Source of the DNA: Vulcanimicrobiota bacterium
Lineage (GTDB): Bacteria; Vulcanimicrobiota; Vulcanimicrobiia; Vulcanimicrobiales; Vulcanimicrobiaceae
Reading direction: 5' to 3'
DNA: 64,000 nt
NCBI GenBank assembly: GCA_963756635.1
Contig: CAVWOR010000004.1
Span: 265,788 to 329,787 of the forward strand
The notes beneath the pieces were generated by a model. It was not told where the DNA came from. It made no database searches and worked only from the letters and a program-made list of their open reading frames with translations. Positions 41,030 through 50,530 of this stretch are shown here, one piece after another. A program made the position numbers and the translations under genes. Each line of letters starts with the position of its first letter. The first letter of the stretch is position 1.

Positions 41030-41297
41030 GTAATGCCGCGTCGCTCTCCGTGAGCTCCGCGAGTGCGCAGATTCCCCCGGCGGCACCCCCGATTAGGAAG
41101 TAGCGGGATCCCACTCGCACAATGTAGAGGGCGGCGTGTTGCGAGAGGATCATCGATTCGAGCAACGTCAGAGAGCGGCCGGAGCGCGCGAAGAATCGCA
41201 TGTTGCGCAGCCGGCTCGCGACAAAATAGAGCGCAAGGAGCACCAGCGCGACGATCCCAAGTTTCTCGAGGTAAGCCGCCCAGAAGGTCCAGGGCAT
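41019..41297 (-). CDS. fliO: flagellar biosynthesis protein FliO
   Basis: 92 aa: a single TM helix (LGIVALVLLALYFVASRL), then SLTLLESMILSQHAALYIVRVGSRYFLIGGAAGGICALAEL, the FliO pattern. Confidence 0.65.
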   Translation of the reverse strand: MPWTFWAAYLEKLGIVALVLLALYFVASRLRNMRFFARSGRSLTLLESMILSQHAALYIVRVGSRYFLIGGAAGGICALAELTESDAALLRR

Positions 41298-41304
41298 CGG
41301 GCAG

Positions 41305-41505
41305 CTAGGCGCCGTGCTCGAGCGCCGAGAGAATCTTGCGCTTGAAAGCGACCACCTTCTGCTCGATTTGGTCTAACGGCTCGCGCACCACAACGGCGTT
41401 GCCGGTCGTAAGCATGATGATGGTTTCGCCGTTCTGCTCGACCGATTCGATAAGGTCGCAGTTCAGCATGACCGGGTGTCCGTTGAGTCGCGTGAGCACG
41501 ATCAC
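41305..41505 (-). CDS. flbD: flagellar protein FlbD
   Basis: VIVLTRLNGHPVMLNCDLIESVEQNGETIIMLTTGNAVVVREPLDQIEQKVVAFKRKI matches the FlbD family along its length. GTG 41505 overlaps the fliJ stop (GTGA). Confidence 0.75.
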   Translation of the reverse strand: MIVLTRLNGHPVMLNCDLIESVEQNGETIIMLTTGNAVVVREPLDQIEQKVVAFKRKILSALEHGA

Positions 41506-41987
41506 GGAACCGCTCTTCCGGGATGCTCCGGGACGAGCCTCTTCGGCGACGCGCCGTTGCAGCGGCGAGCGTTGGCGTCGTCCAGCTCGAGCGCTTCGCG
41601 GCGCGTCTGCTCGGCTTCGAAGGCGCACTGGCGGCGCTCTTTGAGTTTCTCGATTACGCGGCGCTCTCGGCTCGCGCGGATCAGCCCTTCACGCACGCGC
41701 TCGTAGGCGGCCTCAAGTTCCTCCAGGCGCCCTCGTTGGCGATCGAGTGCGGATTCGAGGGAACGAAGATGCGCATCGCGCAGCCGCAGAACCGCGGGCG
41801 GGTGCGCCCGCGCCGAAGCTGCGAGCTGCTGCATAAACCAACGGCGAGCATCGCCGAGCCGCTCGAGCTCGCGCCTGCCTTCGTCTCGCGCGCGCCGGGA
41901 CACGGCAAACTCGCGCTGCTTCTCCTCTTCGATGCGCTGACGCTGCTCGAGCAGCGGCTGGAGACGGAACGCGAATCTGGCCGGCAT
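41502..41987 (-). CDS. fliJ: FliJ-like flagellar export chaperone (coiled coil)
   Basis: ATG 41987 (MPARFAFRLQPLLEQRQRIEEEKQREFA..). About 160 aa, Arg/Glu-rich and helical, positioned directly before flbD. Confidence 0.55.
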   Translation of the reverse strand: MPARFAFRLQPLLEQRQRIEEEKQREFAVSRRARDEGRRELERLGDARRWFMQQLAASARAHPPAVLRLRDAHLRSLESALDRQRGRLEELEAAYERVREGLIRASRERRVIEKLKERRQCAFEAEQTRREALELDDANARRCNGASPKRLVPEHPGRAVP

Positions 41988-42013
41988 ACGGGGTAAACTC
42001 CCGCTATCCGGCT

Positions 42014-43216
42014 TCAGCGAGCCAACTGCGTCCGTTCCCGCCCGACGGAGACGAGCTCGATGGGGACGCCCAAAACGTCTCCAACCCGGTCTACGTAGGC
42101 GCGCGCAGCGTTCGGTAGATCGGCGATCCGCCGGCACTCGCCGATTGCATCGCTCCAGCCGGCGAACTCTTCGATTTCGGTTTCCAGCTGCGGCGCATCA
42201 ACCTGTGAGAAGCCGGCCGGCTCTTCGCCGAGACGATAAGCGGTAACGATTCCGATGCGTTCGAAACCGCTCAGCACGTCGAGCTTCGTAATCACTGCGC
42301 TCGTCAAACCGTTGAGCGCGACGGCGTAGCGCCCGGCAACGGCGTCGAGCCAGCCGCAACGTCGAGGCCGTCCCGTCACCGTCCCGTACTCGCCGCCCTG
42401 ACGGCGCAGCCGCTCGCCACGCTCGTCGTGCAGCTCGGACGGAAACGGACCCGCACCAACGCGCGTGCTGTATGCCTTGAGCACCCCGATGACTCGCCCG
42501 ATCGCACCCGGACCGATCCCTAAGCCAGTGCACGCGCCGCCCGCAATCGTATGCGAGCTCGTCACGTACGGATAGGTACCGTAGCCAACGTCGAGCAACG
42601 AACCCTGCGCACCCTCGAGCAGCACGCGCTTCCCTTTCCCAAGGCACTCGTGGATGTAGGCGACACCGTCCACCACGTGCGGCAGAAGCCGCTTCGCCGC
42701 CGCCAGCGTCTCCTCAACGATGTCGGCATTCCCCGAACCATCCGCGGCCCGAATCTTTTCCGCCAGCGCGTCGGAGTGGGCAAGGTCCGCGAAGCGGATG
42801 CCCGTGCGTAGGACGCGGTCTACGTATGCGGGTCCGATGCCGCGTCCGGTCGTGCCGATCGCGTTCGTGCGCGCTCGCTCGTTCGCGGCGTCCCGTACGA
42901 CGTGGTACGGAAAAACCACGTGGGCACGATCGGAGATCCTCACGCGCGAAACGTCAATGCCCAGCGCCGCCAAAGCGTCGAGCTCGTCGATGAGGGTCCG
43001 CAAGTTCACGACGGTGCCGCCGCCGACGAAGAGCTCGACGTGCGGATGCATCACGCCCGACGGAACGATCCGCAATGCGAGCTCACGCTCGCCGACGACG
43101 ATGGAATGCCCCGCGTTATCGCCGCCGCCGAAGCGCGCGACCACATCGTAATCCGCGGCGTACAGATCGACGATCCGGCCTTTGCCTTCGTCGCCCCACT
43201 GTAGCCCGACGATCAG
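42014..43216 (-). CDS. purA: adenylosuccinate synthetase
   Basis: GLQWGDEGKGRIVD P-loop, RFGGGDNAGH, GTTGRGIGPAY, GEYGTVTGRPRRCGW. The P-loop lies upstream of the first canonical start (GTG 43144), so the start is set provisionally at CTG 43216, with ATC 43231 as the alternative. Confidence 0.88.
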   Translation of the reverse strand: MIVGLQWGDEGKGRIVDLYAADYDVVARFGGGDNAGHSIVVGERELALRIVPSGVMHPHVELFVGGGTVVNLRTLIDELDALAALGIDVSRVRISDRAHVVFPYHVVRDAANERARTNAIGTTGRGIGPAYVDRVLRTGIRFADLAHSDALAEKIRAADGSGNADIVEETLAAAKRLLPHVVDGVAYIHECLGKGKRVLLEGAQGSLLDVGYGTYPYVTSSHTIAGGACTGLGIGPGAIGRVIGVLKAYSTRVGAGPFPSELHDERGERLRRQGGEYGTVTGRPRRCGWLDAVAGRYAVALNGLTSAVITKLDVLSGFERIGIVTAYRLGEEPAGFSQVDAPQLETEIEEFAGWSDAIGECRRIADLPNAARAYVDRVGDVLGVPIELVSVGRERTQLAR

Positions 43217-43235
43217 ATCGGCTTTTGAGATGTTG

Positions 43236-44558
43236 CTATTCCGTGTTGAATTCGAGGTCGCTCGTGTCGCCCATCGGAATCTGCGCGGTGCCTTCGAACT
43301 GCGTCATGACAAACTCCGAGAACAAGGCGTTTGGCCAACCGAAGTTGCGGCGAGTGAATTGCTGCGGGTTGTCCGGATTGAAGGACTCGTGCAACAGGTG
43401 GTCGCCTGGATCGCTCGCGAGAAGCTGGCCGAGAACGTCTTGCTTCTCGACACCGGTCGTCGCCGTCATGCCTTCGACGATGAGCGCCAGTGGCCAAACC
43501 CAGTGGCCAGGAGTGTGGTAGCTGCCGATTCCTCGAGCCAAATGGCCTTGATAGAACGACGGATTATCCTGCGAGAGCAAGAATCTCCGCGTGTTCTCAT
43601 AGTAGCGGTCGTCTGGCGACGTATATCCGAAGTAGGGCGCCGCGAGCAGACTTGGAATGTTCGCATCGTCGGTAAGAATGGCGTGGCCGAGGCCATCGAC
43701 CTCGTAGGCATAGATGTAACCGTACTTGGGCACGAGCACGAGACCGTAGGTTTGAATGCCGCGCTGCACTTCGTCGCGTAAGGCTTTTGCCTCGCGCGCC
43801 TTCACGACGTTGTGATAGACGTTGAGTTCGATATCGGCCATGTCGCCCAAGGCAACGACCGCGAACATCTCCGATGGGATCAAGAAGTTATACTGACACG
43901 CATCATCCGAAGGCCGAAACCCCGTCCAGATCATGCCGGTGTAGCCGACCGGATTCCCTCGTCCGTCCTGGGGAAGCTCTTTATGCGTGTACCGCGAGTC
44001 GCGCGGATGGTTTTGCTCGCGTTCCATGGTGGCGAGCACGTAGTCGAGCATCAACGAAAAATCACCGTTGAAGATCGATGTGTCACCGCTGGTCTTCCAA
44101 TAACTCCACGCCAGCGCCGTAGGATAGGCGAGCGAGTCGAGCTCAAACTTCTGCTCCCAGACGCGGTAATCCAAGGTGTACGCATTGGCATACGGATCGA
44201 TCTGCAGGTATTTCACCATTCGAGCGATGATTGCGCGCAGCAACGCGCGGACGTCTGGATCGTCCTTTGCAAAAAACAAATACGGCCTCGCTTGGGCGCT
44301 CGCATCTCGCAGCCACTCCGCGGGTATGTCTCCGGTCATGATATATGCGGTGCCGTCGGGCGCGTATTGGGCGAGCCGGCTCGTGTCGAGCAGTGCGGCG
44401 CGAAACATTTCCGCAAGATGCTCGTTCGGGCTGCGGTAGTCGGCCGCGGCTTGTTCGATGGAGCGCAGCTCGAGCGCGTCGATGGGAAGCGGCCGAAACG
44501 TCGTCGCCCCGGCGCAGAGCAACGCGAAGAGCGCGGTCGTGGCGAGGTATCGGCCCAT
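43236..44558 (-). CDS. glycoside hydrolase family 125 (DUF1237, exo-alpha-1,6-mannosidase type), secreted
   Basis: Signal peptide. TGDIPAEWLRDASAQ, WEQKFELDSLAYP, GYTGMIWTGFRPSDDA, GSYHTPGHWVWPLAL motifs typical of GH125. Confidence 0.8.
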   Translation of the reverse strand: MGRYLATTALFALLCAGATTFRPLPIDALELRSIEQAAADYRSPNEHLAEMFRAALLDTSRLAQYAPDGTAYIMTGDIPAEWLRDASAQARPYLFFAKDDPDVRALLRAIIARMVKYLQIDPYANAYTLDYRVWEQKFELDSLAYPTALAWSYWKTSGDTSIFNGDFSLMLDYVLATMEREQNHPRDSRYTHKELPQDGRGNPVGYTGMIWTGFRPSDDACQYNFLIPSEMFAVVALGDMADIELNVYHNVVKAREAKALRDEVQRGIQTYGLVLVPKYGYIYAYEVDGLGHAILTDDANIPSLLAAPYFGYTSPDDRYYENTRRFLLSQDNPSFYQGHLARGIGSYHTPGHWVWPLALIVEGMTATTGVEKQDVLGQLLASDPGDHLLHESFNPDNPQQFTRRNFGWPNALFSEFVMTQFEGTAQIPMGDTSDLEFNTE

Positions 44559-45070
44559 TATGCGGGCCAGGAACCGTGTGCGTACAAAGCCGGCAGCTCC
44601 CGATAGCGTCCTAGATAATCAAGGCCATAGCCCACGACGTATACGTCTGGGACCTCGAAGGCCCTATACTTGATTGTAATATCGGCAATTCTCCTGTGCG
44701 GCCGGTCGAGCAAGGTGCAGACCGCCAGCGAAGCGGGTTGGCGCTCGAAGATCCTCTTAACGACGTACTGGAGCGTCAAGCCGGTGTCGACGGTGTCGTC
44801 CACCAGGACGACGTGCCGCCCTTCGACCGGGATCACCACGTCTTGCTCCAAGACGATGCCGTCGCCATCCCCGCAGTTGTTGACGGAGATGAAATCCACG
44901 TGGCAGGGGATCGTCATAGCTCTCGCCAGGTCGGCGAGAAACCTCGCGGCCGCGGTCTGCAGCCCGATCATCAGCGGCATTTTGCCCGCATAGTCGAGGG
45001 AGATAGCCGCCCCAATTTCAGCGACGCGACCCGCAATCGACTCGGAATCGAAGAGCGGGTCGCCGATCAC
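44558..45070 (-). CDS. hpt: hypoxanthine phosphoribosyltransferase
   Basis: PRPP-binding loop VVLVDDTVDTGLTL and C-terminal VVGYGLDYLGRYRELP. GTG 45070. 170 aa. Confidence 0.88.
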   Translation of the reverse strand: MIGDPLFDSESIAGRVAEIGAAISLDYAGKMPLMIGLQTAAARFLADLARAMTIPCHVDFISVNNCGDGDGIVLEQDVVIPVEGRHVVLVDDTVDTGLTLQYVVKRIFERQPASLAVCTLLDRPHRRIADITIKYRAFEVPDVYVVGYGLDYLGRYRELPALYAHGSWPA

Positions 45071-45396
45071 GAGGCCCGTTTCAGGCGCGAAAAGACGCGT
45101 TCGACGTCGCGACGGGTGAAGAGCTTCACGTTGACCAGTGGGTGATGCGAACGCAGGAGCCGCAGCTTTCGGTTCTTGCGCGTGTTGCGAGTCGGTTTTG
45201 CAACCGTGACCTCAATGTAAAGGTCGTACTCCGGCAGATAAAAGTCCGGTGTGAAAAACTCGACCGGGCGTCCTTGCTCGTTCCAGGCGATGGGGAAACT
45301 CCGCGGTTCGTACTGCCAGGGGATCCGATAGAAGTCGAAGAGTCGCGCCAGCTCGGCTTCACTCGCATGCGCGAACGGGACCCGGGACATAGCCAC
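45067..45396 (-). CDS. hypothetical protein with a PD-(D/E)xK-like motif
   Basis: 109 aa. FTPDFYLPEYDLYIEVTVAK resembles a restriction-endonuclease-fold core (D..E-x-K). 4-nt overlap with hpt. Confidence 0.4.
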   Translation of the reverse strand: MAMSRVPFAHASEAELARLFDFYRIPWQYEPRSFPIAWNEQGRPVEFFTPDFYLPEYDLYIEVTVAKPTRNTRKNRKLRLLRSHHPLVNVKLFTRRDVERVFSRLKRAS

Positions 45397-45425
45397 GGAC
45401 TGTTATCTACGCCACCGGCACCTCG

Positions 45426-46136
45426 TTATCCCGCCGGGAAGCGCAGCACGAAACGAGCTCCGCCAAGGCGCGCGGGCTCAACCCGAACGTCTCCGCCGGC
45501 GCGCTCCGCGATTGCCTTGACGACGGCGAGTCCGATGCCGCTTCCGGGTTGCCCGTCCACGGCACCTCGAACGCCCAAAACGAAGATCGATTCAGTCGCT
45601 TCCGGCGCAATGCCGCGTCCATCGTCGTCAACCGCGATCGCGACGAAACGCTCGTCGGTGACGCACGAAACCTCGACCGTCCCGCACTCGCTGCCGTACT
45701 TGACGGCGTTCTCGAGGAGATTTGCCAGGGCATGCACGCAAGCGTCGCCGTCGACGCGCGCACACGCAGAACCGGGAAGTTGCGTCCGTAGCGTGACGCG
45801 TCGGGACGCCGCCATGGGCGAAAGCATCTCGATGGTCGCACGGATCTGCTCGATGACGTCGCAGGTGGCGCGATGCTCGCCGGCCGAGAGATCCAGCAGC
45901 GAAAATTCGAGCATGCCTTCCACCAACCGTCCCAGGCGGAGCGCCTCGCGACGCGCGGTTTCGAGAAAGCGCCGGGCGGTGGTCGGATCGAACTCGCCTT
46001 CGAGAAGCGTTTCGATATAGCCGCGGATTGAGCTCAGAGGCGTTCGCAGTTCGTGTCCGATCGTTGCAAGCAAGACATGGGCTGCCCGGCGGTCCACAAC
46101 GACCTTACCCGCGCACGAATTTGTATCCGAATCCAT
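45426..46136 (-). CDS. histidine kinase lacking any recognisable sensor or TM region (HisKA plus HATPase only)
   Basis: H-box LATIGHELRTPLSSIRGYIE about 25 residues from the start, N-box LANLLENAVKY, G-boxes DDDGRGI and GSGIGLAVVK. ATG 46136 overlaps the regulator gene by 32 nt. GTG 46097 is an alternative. Confidence 0.8.
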   Translation of the reverse strand: MDSDTNSCAGKVVVDRRAAHVLLATIGHELRTPLSSIRGYIETLLEGEFDPTTARRFLETARREALRLGRLVEGMLEFSLLDLSAGEHRATCDVIEQIRATIEMLSPMAASRRVTLRTQLPGSACARVDGDACVHALANLLENAVKYGSECGTVEVSCVTDERFVAIAVDDDGRGIAPEATESIFVLGVRGAVDGQPGSGIGLAVVKAIAERAGGDVRVEPARLGGARFVLRFPAG

Positions 46137-46794
46137 GGACCGTGCGTAGCAGCGGCGCCAGCTGCCACTCCTCCTCGATCTTGACCCGCAGCCGGTGGAC
46201 GTGTACGTCGACCGTTCGTTCGTCGCCGTCGAAGTCGAAACCCCAGACGCGCTGCAAGAGCCAATCGCGCGAAAGCGCGACTCCCGCATTGCCTGCCAAC
46301 TCCATCAGCAGGGCGAACTCGCGCGGCTTAAGCTTGACGTCGGTCCCGTCGACGCGGGCTTCGCGCGCGCCGGCATCGATCTCCAATCGTCCAAAGCGCA
46401 GGATCGGCCCGGGCTGCGCCACGGTACGGCCGCTCCGGCGCAGAATCGACTTCACCCGAGCAACGACCTCGCGCGGCGAGAACGGTTTGGCGATAAAGTC
46501 GTCGGCGCCGAGTTCGAAGCCGAGGACGCGGTCGATCTCGTCAGAACGCGCAGTCAGCACGACGATGGGCACCGTGCGTTCTTCGCGTCGCAGCGTCCGC
46601 ACGACGTCGTAACCGTCGACGCCGGGCAAGCCTACGTCGAGAACGAGCAAATCGGCCGCGCCGCGCGCGCGCCTGAGTGCCGCGTGGCCGTCGGCAACGC
46701 CGACGACCGCGAAACCTTCCCGCTCGAGATGATGGGTGAGGAGTTCGCGAATCGCCGCATCGTCTTCGGCGACGAGAATCGTGTGCGACGACAT
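46105..46794 (-). CDS. OmpR/PhoB-family response regulator
   Basis: ILVAEDDAAIRELL..LLVLDVGLPGVDG..LTARSDE receiver plus LKPREFALLMEL..TVHGFGYKF winged helix. ATG 46794 (MSSHT). Confidence 0.9.
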   Translation of the reverse strand: MSSHTILVAEDDAAIRELLTHHLEREGFAVVGVADGHAALRRARGAADLLVLDVGLPGVDGYDVVRTLRREERTVPIVVLTARSDEIDRVLGFELGADDFIAKPFSPREVVARVKSILRRSGRTVAQPGPILRFGRLEIDAGAREARVDGTDVKLKPREFALLMELAGNAGVALSRDWLLQRVWGFDFDGDERTVDVHVHRLRVKIEEEWQLAPLLRTVHGFGYKFVRG

Positions 46795-47052
46795 GCCGAA
46801 GCGAGTGCCCGGGTCGGGCGGGGTGTGAGACCAGAACCTTCGAAGGAGATTACGGATCTCTGCATCCAGGCGCCCCGCGAGCCGGTCACAGCAGTGCATG
46901 GAGTCCCTCATAATCGAGTATCACCCCCAGGCCTATCCCGAGGCGCTCGATCGAGTCTTCACCCTCGTGCAAACGAGGGCCGCATAACGAACGCTTCGCT
47001 CTCCGGCTTAATCTACGCAGCCTCCGCCGCACTGCTCTTGGGGACCTCCACA

Positions 47053-47673
47053 ATGCAGCCGGTGGTCACGCCGCTTCCGGACGGAGTCTACCGGTATGCC
47101 GTTATCGACAGCGGGCAGCCATCGGCGACGAGCGCCATACGTGTAAGCCGCTCGGCCGGCGACCTCGTCATTGAGGAACACGCCTCGCCGATGGAAGAGA
47201 ACGAGTCGTCCCGGCGGACGCTCGATCCCTCGACGTTCGCGCTGCGCTCGTATGCAGACGCTTCTGACGGCAAACCGTATTTCACGTTGACGGTTAATGG
47301 AAATACCGCGACCGCTCTTCGCCAGGGAGCGCCGGCTACGAAGATCTCGGCGCTTCCTCGCGCACCGTTCATCGTCTTCGATTATTTCATCGGCGTATTC
47401 TTTGCGCTTCCCGCGACCCTGCACGGGACAGCAACCTCGGCTTTGTCGCTTGTCGTTCTCGGCGGCGATACCGCAGTACCGCTCATCGTAGCGTCCGGAA
47501 ACGCGAAGCGCCCCGCGGGGGTTGCAGCAATCGACGCGAGCGCCGCCGTGATTCTTGACGGTGCGACAATAACGCTCTGGTACGATCCTGCGACGTTCAT
47601 TCTCGACGAATGCGATCTGCCCGCCGCGCGAATCGTCTACAAACGAATTTCGACGCAGCAACAATCCAAGTGA
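47053..47673 (+). CDS. hypothetical protein
   Basis: The 3' part of tracked ORF 46195-47673, whose 5' part is antisense to the regulator gene. First ATG after that gene is 47053 (MQPVVTPLPDGVYRY). The stop overlaps the next ATG (TGATG). Confidence 0.45.
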   Translation: MQPVVTPLPDGVYRYAVIDSGQPSATSAIRVSRSAGDLVIEEHASPMEENESSRRTLDPSTFALRSYADASDGKPYFTLTVNGNTATALRQGAPATKISALPRAPFIVFDYFIGVFFALPATLHGTATSALSLVVLGGDTAVPLIVASGNAKRPAGVAAIDASAAVILDGATITLWYDPATFILDECDLPAARIVYKRISTQQQSK

Positions 47674-48941
47674 TGGCCTCAGTAGCCGGAGCTGTGGTGT
47701 TTGCCGCGACGATGCTGGCCGCCTCGCCCTCGCCATCGCCCGTTCCCAACCCCGACGCCCGCATTCTCGCCGCTCGTACTCCGATCTCGTTCACGGGTGC
47801 GAAGCTCGCCGGCCCGGGCGCCGGCGTGCTGCGCGACGCGATGGCCAGCGCGCAATTTGTGATGCTCGGCGAAGACCACGGCACGCGAGAAATCCCGCGC
47901 TTCGCCGACGCGCTGTTTGCATCGCTGGCGCCGCGCGGGTTCCATATAATCGCCGTCGAGACGGGGCCGGTGCTCGCTGCTAAGTTGCGCACGTGGCTGG
48001 CCTCGCCGAACGGCCGCGCGCTCTACACAACGTTCGAAGACGCTCACGGCGGAACGACCGCGTTCTACGGCTGGCAAGACGAGTATACGTTCTTGGAACA
48101 CGCGGCTCGTATGACTGGGGGCGCGTTGCAGTTGTGGGGTCTCGATCAAGAACTCATGGGCGCCTCGAAGTTTCTCCTTGAATCGATGCTCGCGCAGCGC
48201 CCGGGCGCGCATTCGAGGGCCTTGATCCATACGCTGCTCGCGCAAGACGCCAGCGACTACGCTAAAGCGGCGCAGAGCGGCGATCCTGGCCAGATGTTCG
48301 CGCTTCAGGTCGACTCGGATGCACTAGAAGCGCTGCAGGCGTGGCTGGCGCAAGACGGAAACGCTCGGTCGCAGCGGCTGGTCGCGGGCCTGATCGCGAC
48401 GCGCAACATCTACGCGAACTGCTGCAACGCATTCGCCGCGCGGTCCAATCGCGATCGGGCGCTCCTTATGAAGCAGACGTTGGTGACCTATCTACACGCT
48501 TCCGCCGCGTACGAGCGGCCGCCGAAAATCTTCTTCAAGTTCGGCGGCGAGCACCTCTACCGCGGCGCCAACCCGCTGCACAATCTGGACCTCGGCAACT
48601 ACGTCGCCGAGCTTGCGGACGGCCTGGGTTTGCGCACCGTGAACGTCCTCGTCTTGGGCACCGGCGGCAAGCAGAGCAAGTTCGCCGGCATTGGCAAGCC
48701 TTGGGCAAACGCAAGCTATCAGCTCGGCGACCAAGACCACGACACCTTCGCCTTCCTCACGCCGTTCGTCCGCTTAACGGCAACGTCGCCCATGCTGTAC
48801 GATCTGCGCATGCTGCGAAAGCACTTCTCTGACGTCGGAATTGCTGACAAAGAGTACGAGCGCATGGTCTACGGGTACGACTTCCTGCTCCTTATTCCGA
48901 ATACAACCGCCGACCCGGCGATCGCTCCGACCGTCTTTTAA
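47673..48941 (+). CDS. secreted hypothetical protein (possible ChaN/Tiki-like fold)
   Basis: Signal peptide from ATG 47673 (MASVAGAVVFAATMLAASPSP). FVMLGEDHGTREIPRF resembles the GExH motif of ChaN/erythromycin-esterase-like proteins. This assignment is weak. Confidence 0.45.
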   Translation: MASVAGAVVFAATMLAASPSPSPVPNPDARILAARTPISFTGAKLAGPGAGVLRDAMASAQFVMLGEDHGTREIPRFADALFASLAPRGFHIIAVETGPVLAAKLRTWLASPNGRALYTTFEDAHGGTTAFYGWQDEYTFLEHAARMTGGALQLWGLDQELMGASKFLLESMLAQRPGAHSRALIHTLLAQDASDYAKAAQSGDPGQMFALQVDSDALEALQAWLAQDGNARSQRLVAGLIATRNIYANCCNAFAARSNRDRALLMKQTLVTYLHASAAYERPPKIFFKFGGEHLYRGANPLHNLDLGNYVAELADGLGLRTVNVLVLGTGGKQSKFAGIGKPWANASYQLGDQDHDTFAFLTPFVRLTATSPMLYDLRMLRKHFSDVGIADKEYERMVYGYDFLLLIPNTTADPAIAPTVF

Positions 48942-48942
48942 T

Positions 48943-49407
48943 TTATATTGCGTCGAGATTCGCGAGCGGGCCAAAATTCGCGGCGTGGCCGCGCAGGATC
49001 CGATAAATCGTGGCTGCCGGAAATCCGAGCCGTTCCAAACGCCGGGCGGCCGACGGATACGCGATTGCCGGATTCTTCCGCAAGAGCCTCTCGAAAGCCG
49101 CGCTGCATCGAGAGCCCTCATCTTCCTCCAGCAACGCCACCGCTTCCGCGGCCGCGTTGCCGTCGATTCCCTTGCGGATAAGCTCGCCGACGAGGCGTTC
49201 GTTACCGACTGTTTTGCGGTTGCGTTCCACGAAAAGTCTGGCGTAGAGACGATCGTCGAGAAAGCCTTCGTTCTTGCAGCGTTCGATCGCCGCAGCGGCA
49301 GCGTCGTCGTCGAAGCCTCTGCGCTCCAGGTGCTGCCAGAGGCGCGCTTCAGTACAACGCTGCCGCGCTAGAAACCCGAGCGCGACAGCATACGCCTGCT
49401 TTGTCAT
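48943..49407 (-). CDS. recX: recombination regulator RecX
   Basis: 154 aa of three-helix repeats ([46 protein letters not shown]). Lies immediately downstream of recA. Confidence 0.8.
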   Translation of the reverse strand: MTKQAYAVALGFLARQRCTEARLWQHLERRGFDDDAAAAAIERCKNEGFLDDRLYARLFVERNRKTVGNERLVGELIRKGIDGNAAAEAVALLEEDEGSRCSAAFERLLRKNPAIAYPSAARRLERLGFPAATIYRILRGHAANFGPLANLDAI

Positions 49408-49451
49408 GAATTTCGCCCCGTGGCACCTTGAGCTTGTCGCAGGGCTAAGAG

Positions 49452-50495
49452 TTACTCTTCGGGTGCCACGGCTGCCGGCGCTTTACCGTTGGTCGATGCC
49501 GACTTGCCGAGTGCTTCCCGAATTTTCGACTCGATCTCGCCGGCCAGGTCGGTGTGCTCCTCGAGAAACGCTTTGGCGTTTTCGCGTCCCTGCCCGATGC
49601 GCTGCTCTCCGTACGTGTACCACGAGCCGCTCTTGCCGACGATGTTCTGATCGAGCGCAACATCGAGAATCGAGCCCATCTTCGAGATCCCATGGCCGTA
49701 CGTGATGTCGAACTCGGCCTGGCGAAATGGCGGCGCCACTTTGTTCTTGACGACCTTGACGCGCGTGCGCGTGCCGACCACATCTTGGCCGACCTTGATC
49801 GTTTCAAGTTTGCGCACGTCGAGGCGCACCGATGCGTAGAACTTCAGCGCGCGACCTCCCGACGTCGTTTCAGGATTGCCGAACATCACGCCGACTTTTT
49901 CTCGGAGCTGGTTGATGAAGATCATGACCGTTTTGCTGCGCGAGATGCAAGCAGTGAGTTTGCGCAGCGCTTGCGACATCAAGCGTGCCTGCAATCCGAC
50001 GTGCGCATCGCCCATGTCGCCTTCGAGTTCGGCCCGGGTCACCAGTGCGGCGACGGAGTCTATCACGACGACGTCTACCGCATTGCTGCGGGTCAGCATC
50101 TCGGCAATCTCGAGCGCCTGTTCGCCGGTGTCCGGTTGTGAAACGAGAAGGTTGTCGAGATCGACGCCGAGCGCGGCGGCGTAGTTGGGATCGAGCGCAT
50201 GCTCGACGTCGACGAAGGCCGCGGTTCCTCCGGTTTTCTGCGCCTCGGCGATCGCGTGGAGCGCAAGGGTCGTCTTGCCGCTCGACTCGGGACCGTAGAT
50301 TTCGACGATCCGCCCACGCGGCAACCCACCAACTCCAAGCGCCAAGTCGAGCGCAATCGAGCCGGTCGGTACGACCTCGAACGCCATGCGTTCCTGGAAG
50401 TCGCCCATACGCATGATCGAGCCTTTGCCGAACTGTCGCTCGATCTGCGCGAGCGCGTTGGTGAGGGCGACTTGCCGTTCGTCTTCTGCTGCCAT
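49452..50495 (-). CDS. recA: recombinase RecA
   Basis: [13 protein letters not shown], Walker [41 protein letters not shown]. 347 aa. Confidence 0.97.
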   Translation of the reverse strand: MAAEDERQVALTNALAQIERQFGKGSIMRMGDFQERMAFEVVPTGSIALDLALGVGGLPRGRIVEIYGPESSGKTTLALHAIAEAQKTGGTAAFVDVEHALDPNYAAALGVDLDNLLVSQPDTGEQALEIAEMLTRSNAVDVVVIDSVAALVTRAELEGDMGDAHVGLQARLMSQALRKLTACISRSKTVMIFINQLREKVGVMFGNPETTSGGRALKFYASVRLDVRKLETIKVGQDVVGTRTRVKVVKNKVAPPFRQAEFDITYGHGISKMGSILDVALDQNIVGKSGSWYTYGEQRIGQGRENAKAFLEEHTDLAGEIESKIREALGKSASTNGKAPAAVAPEE

Positions 50496-50530
50496 CTTGA
50501 TTCCTTTCTTTCTTGCCTTAGATCACGCTC

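Noticed and set aside
46195-47052. 5' two-thirds of the 492-aa plus-strand ORF 46195-47673
   Set aside because: This part is antisense to the OmpR-type regulator (46105-46794). Only the portion after 47053 looks like an independent gene.
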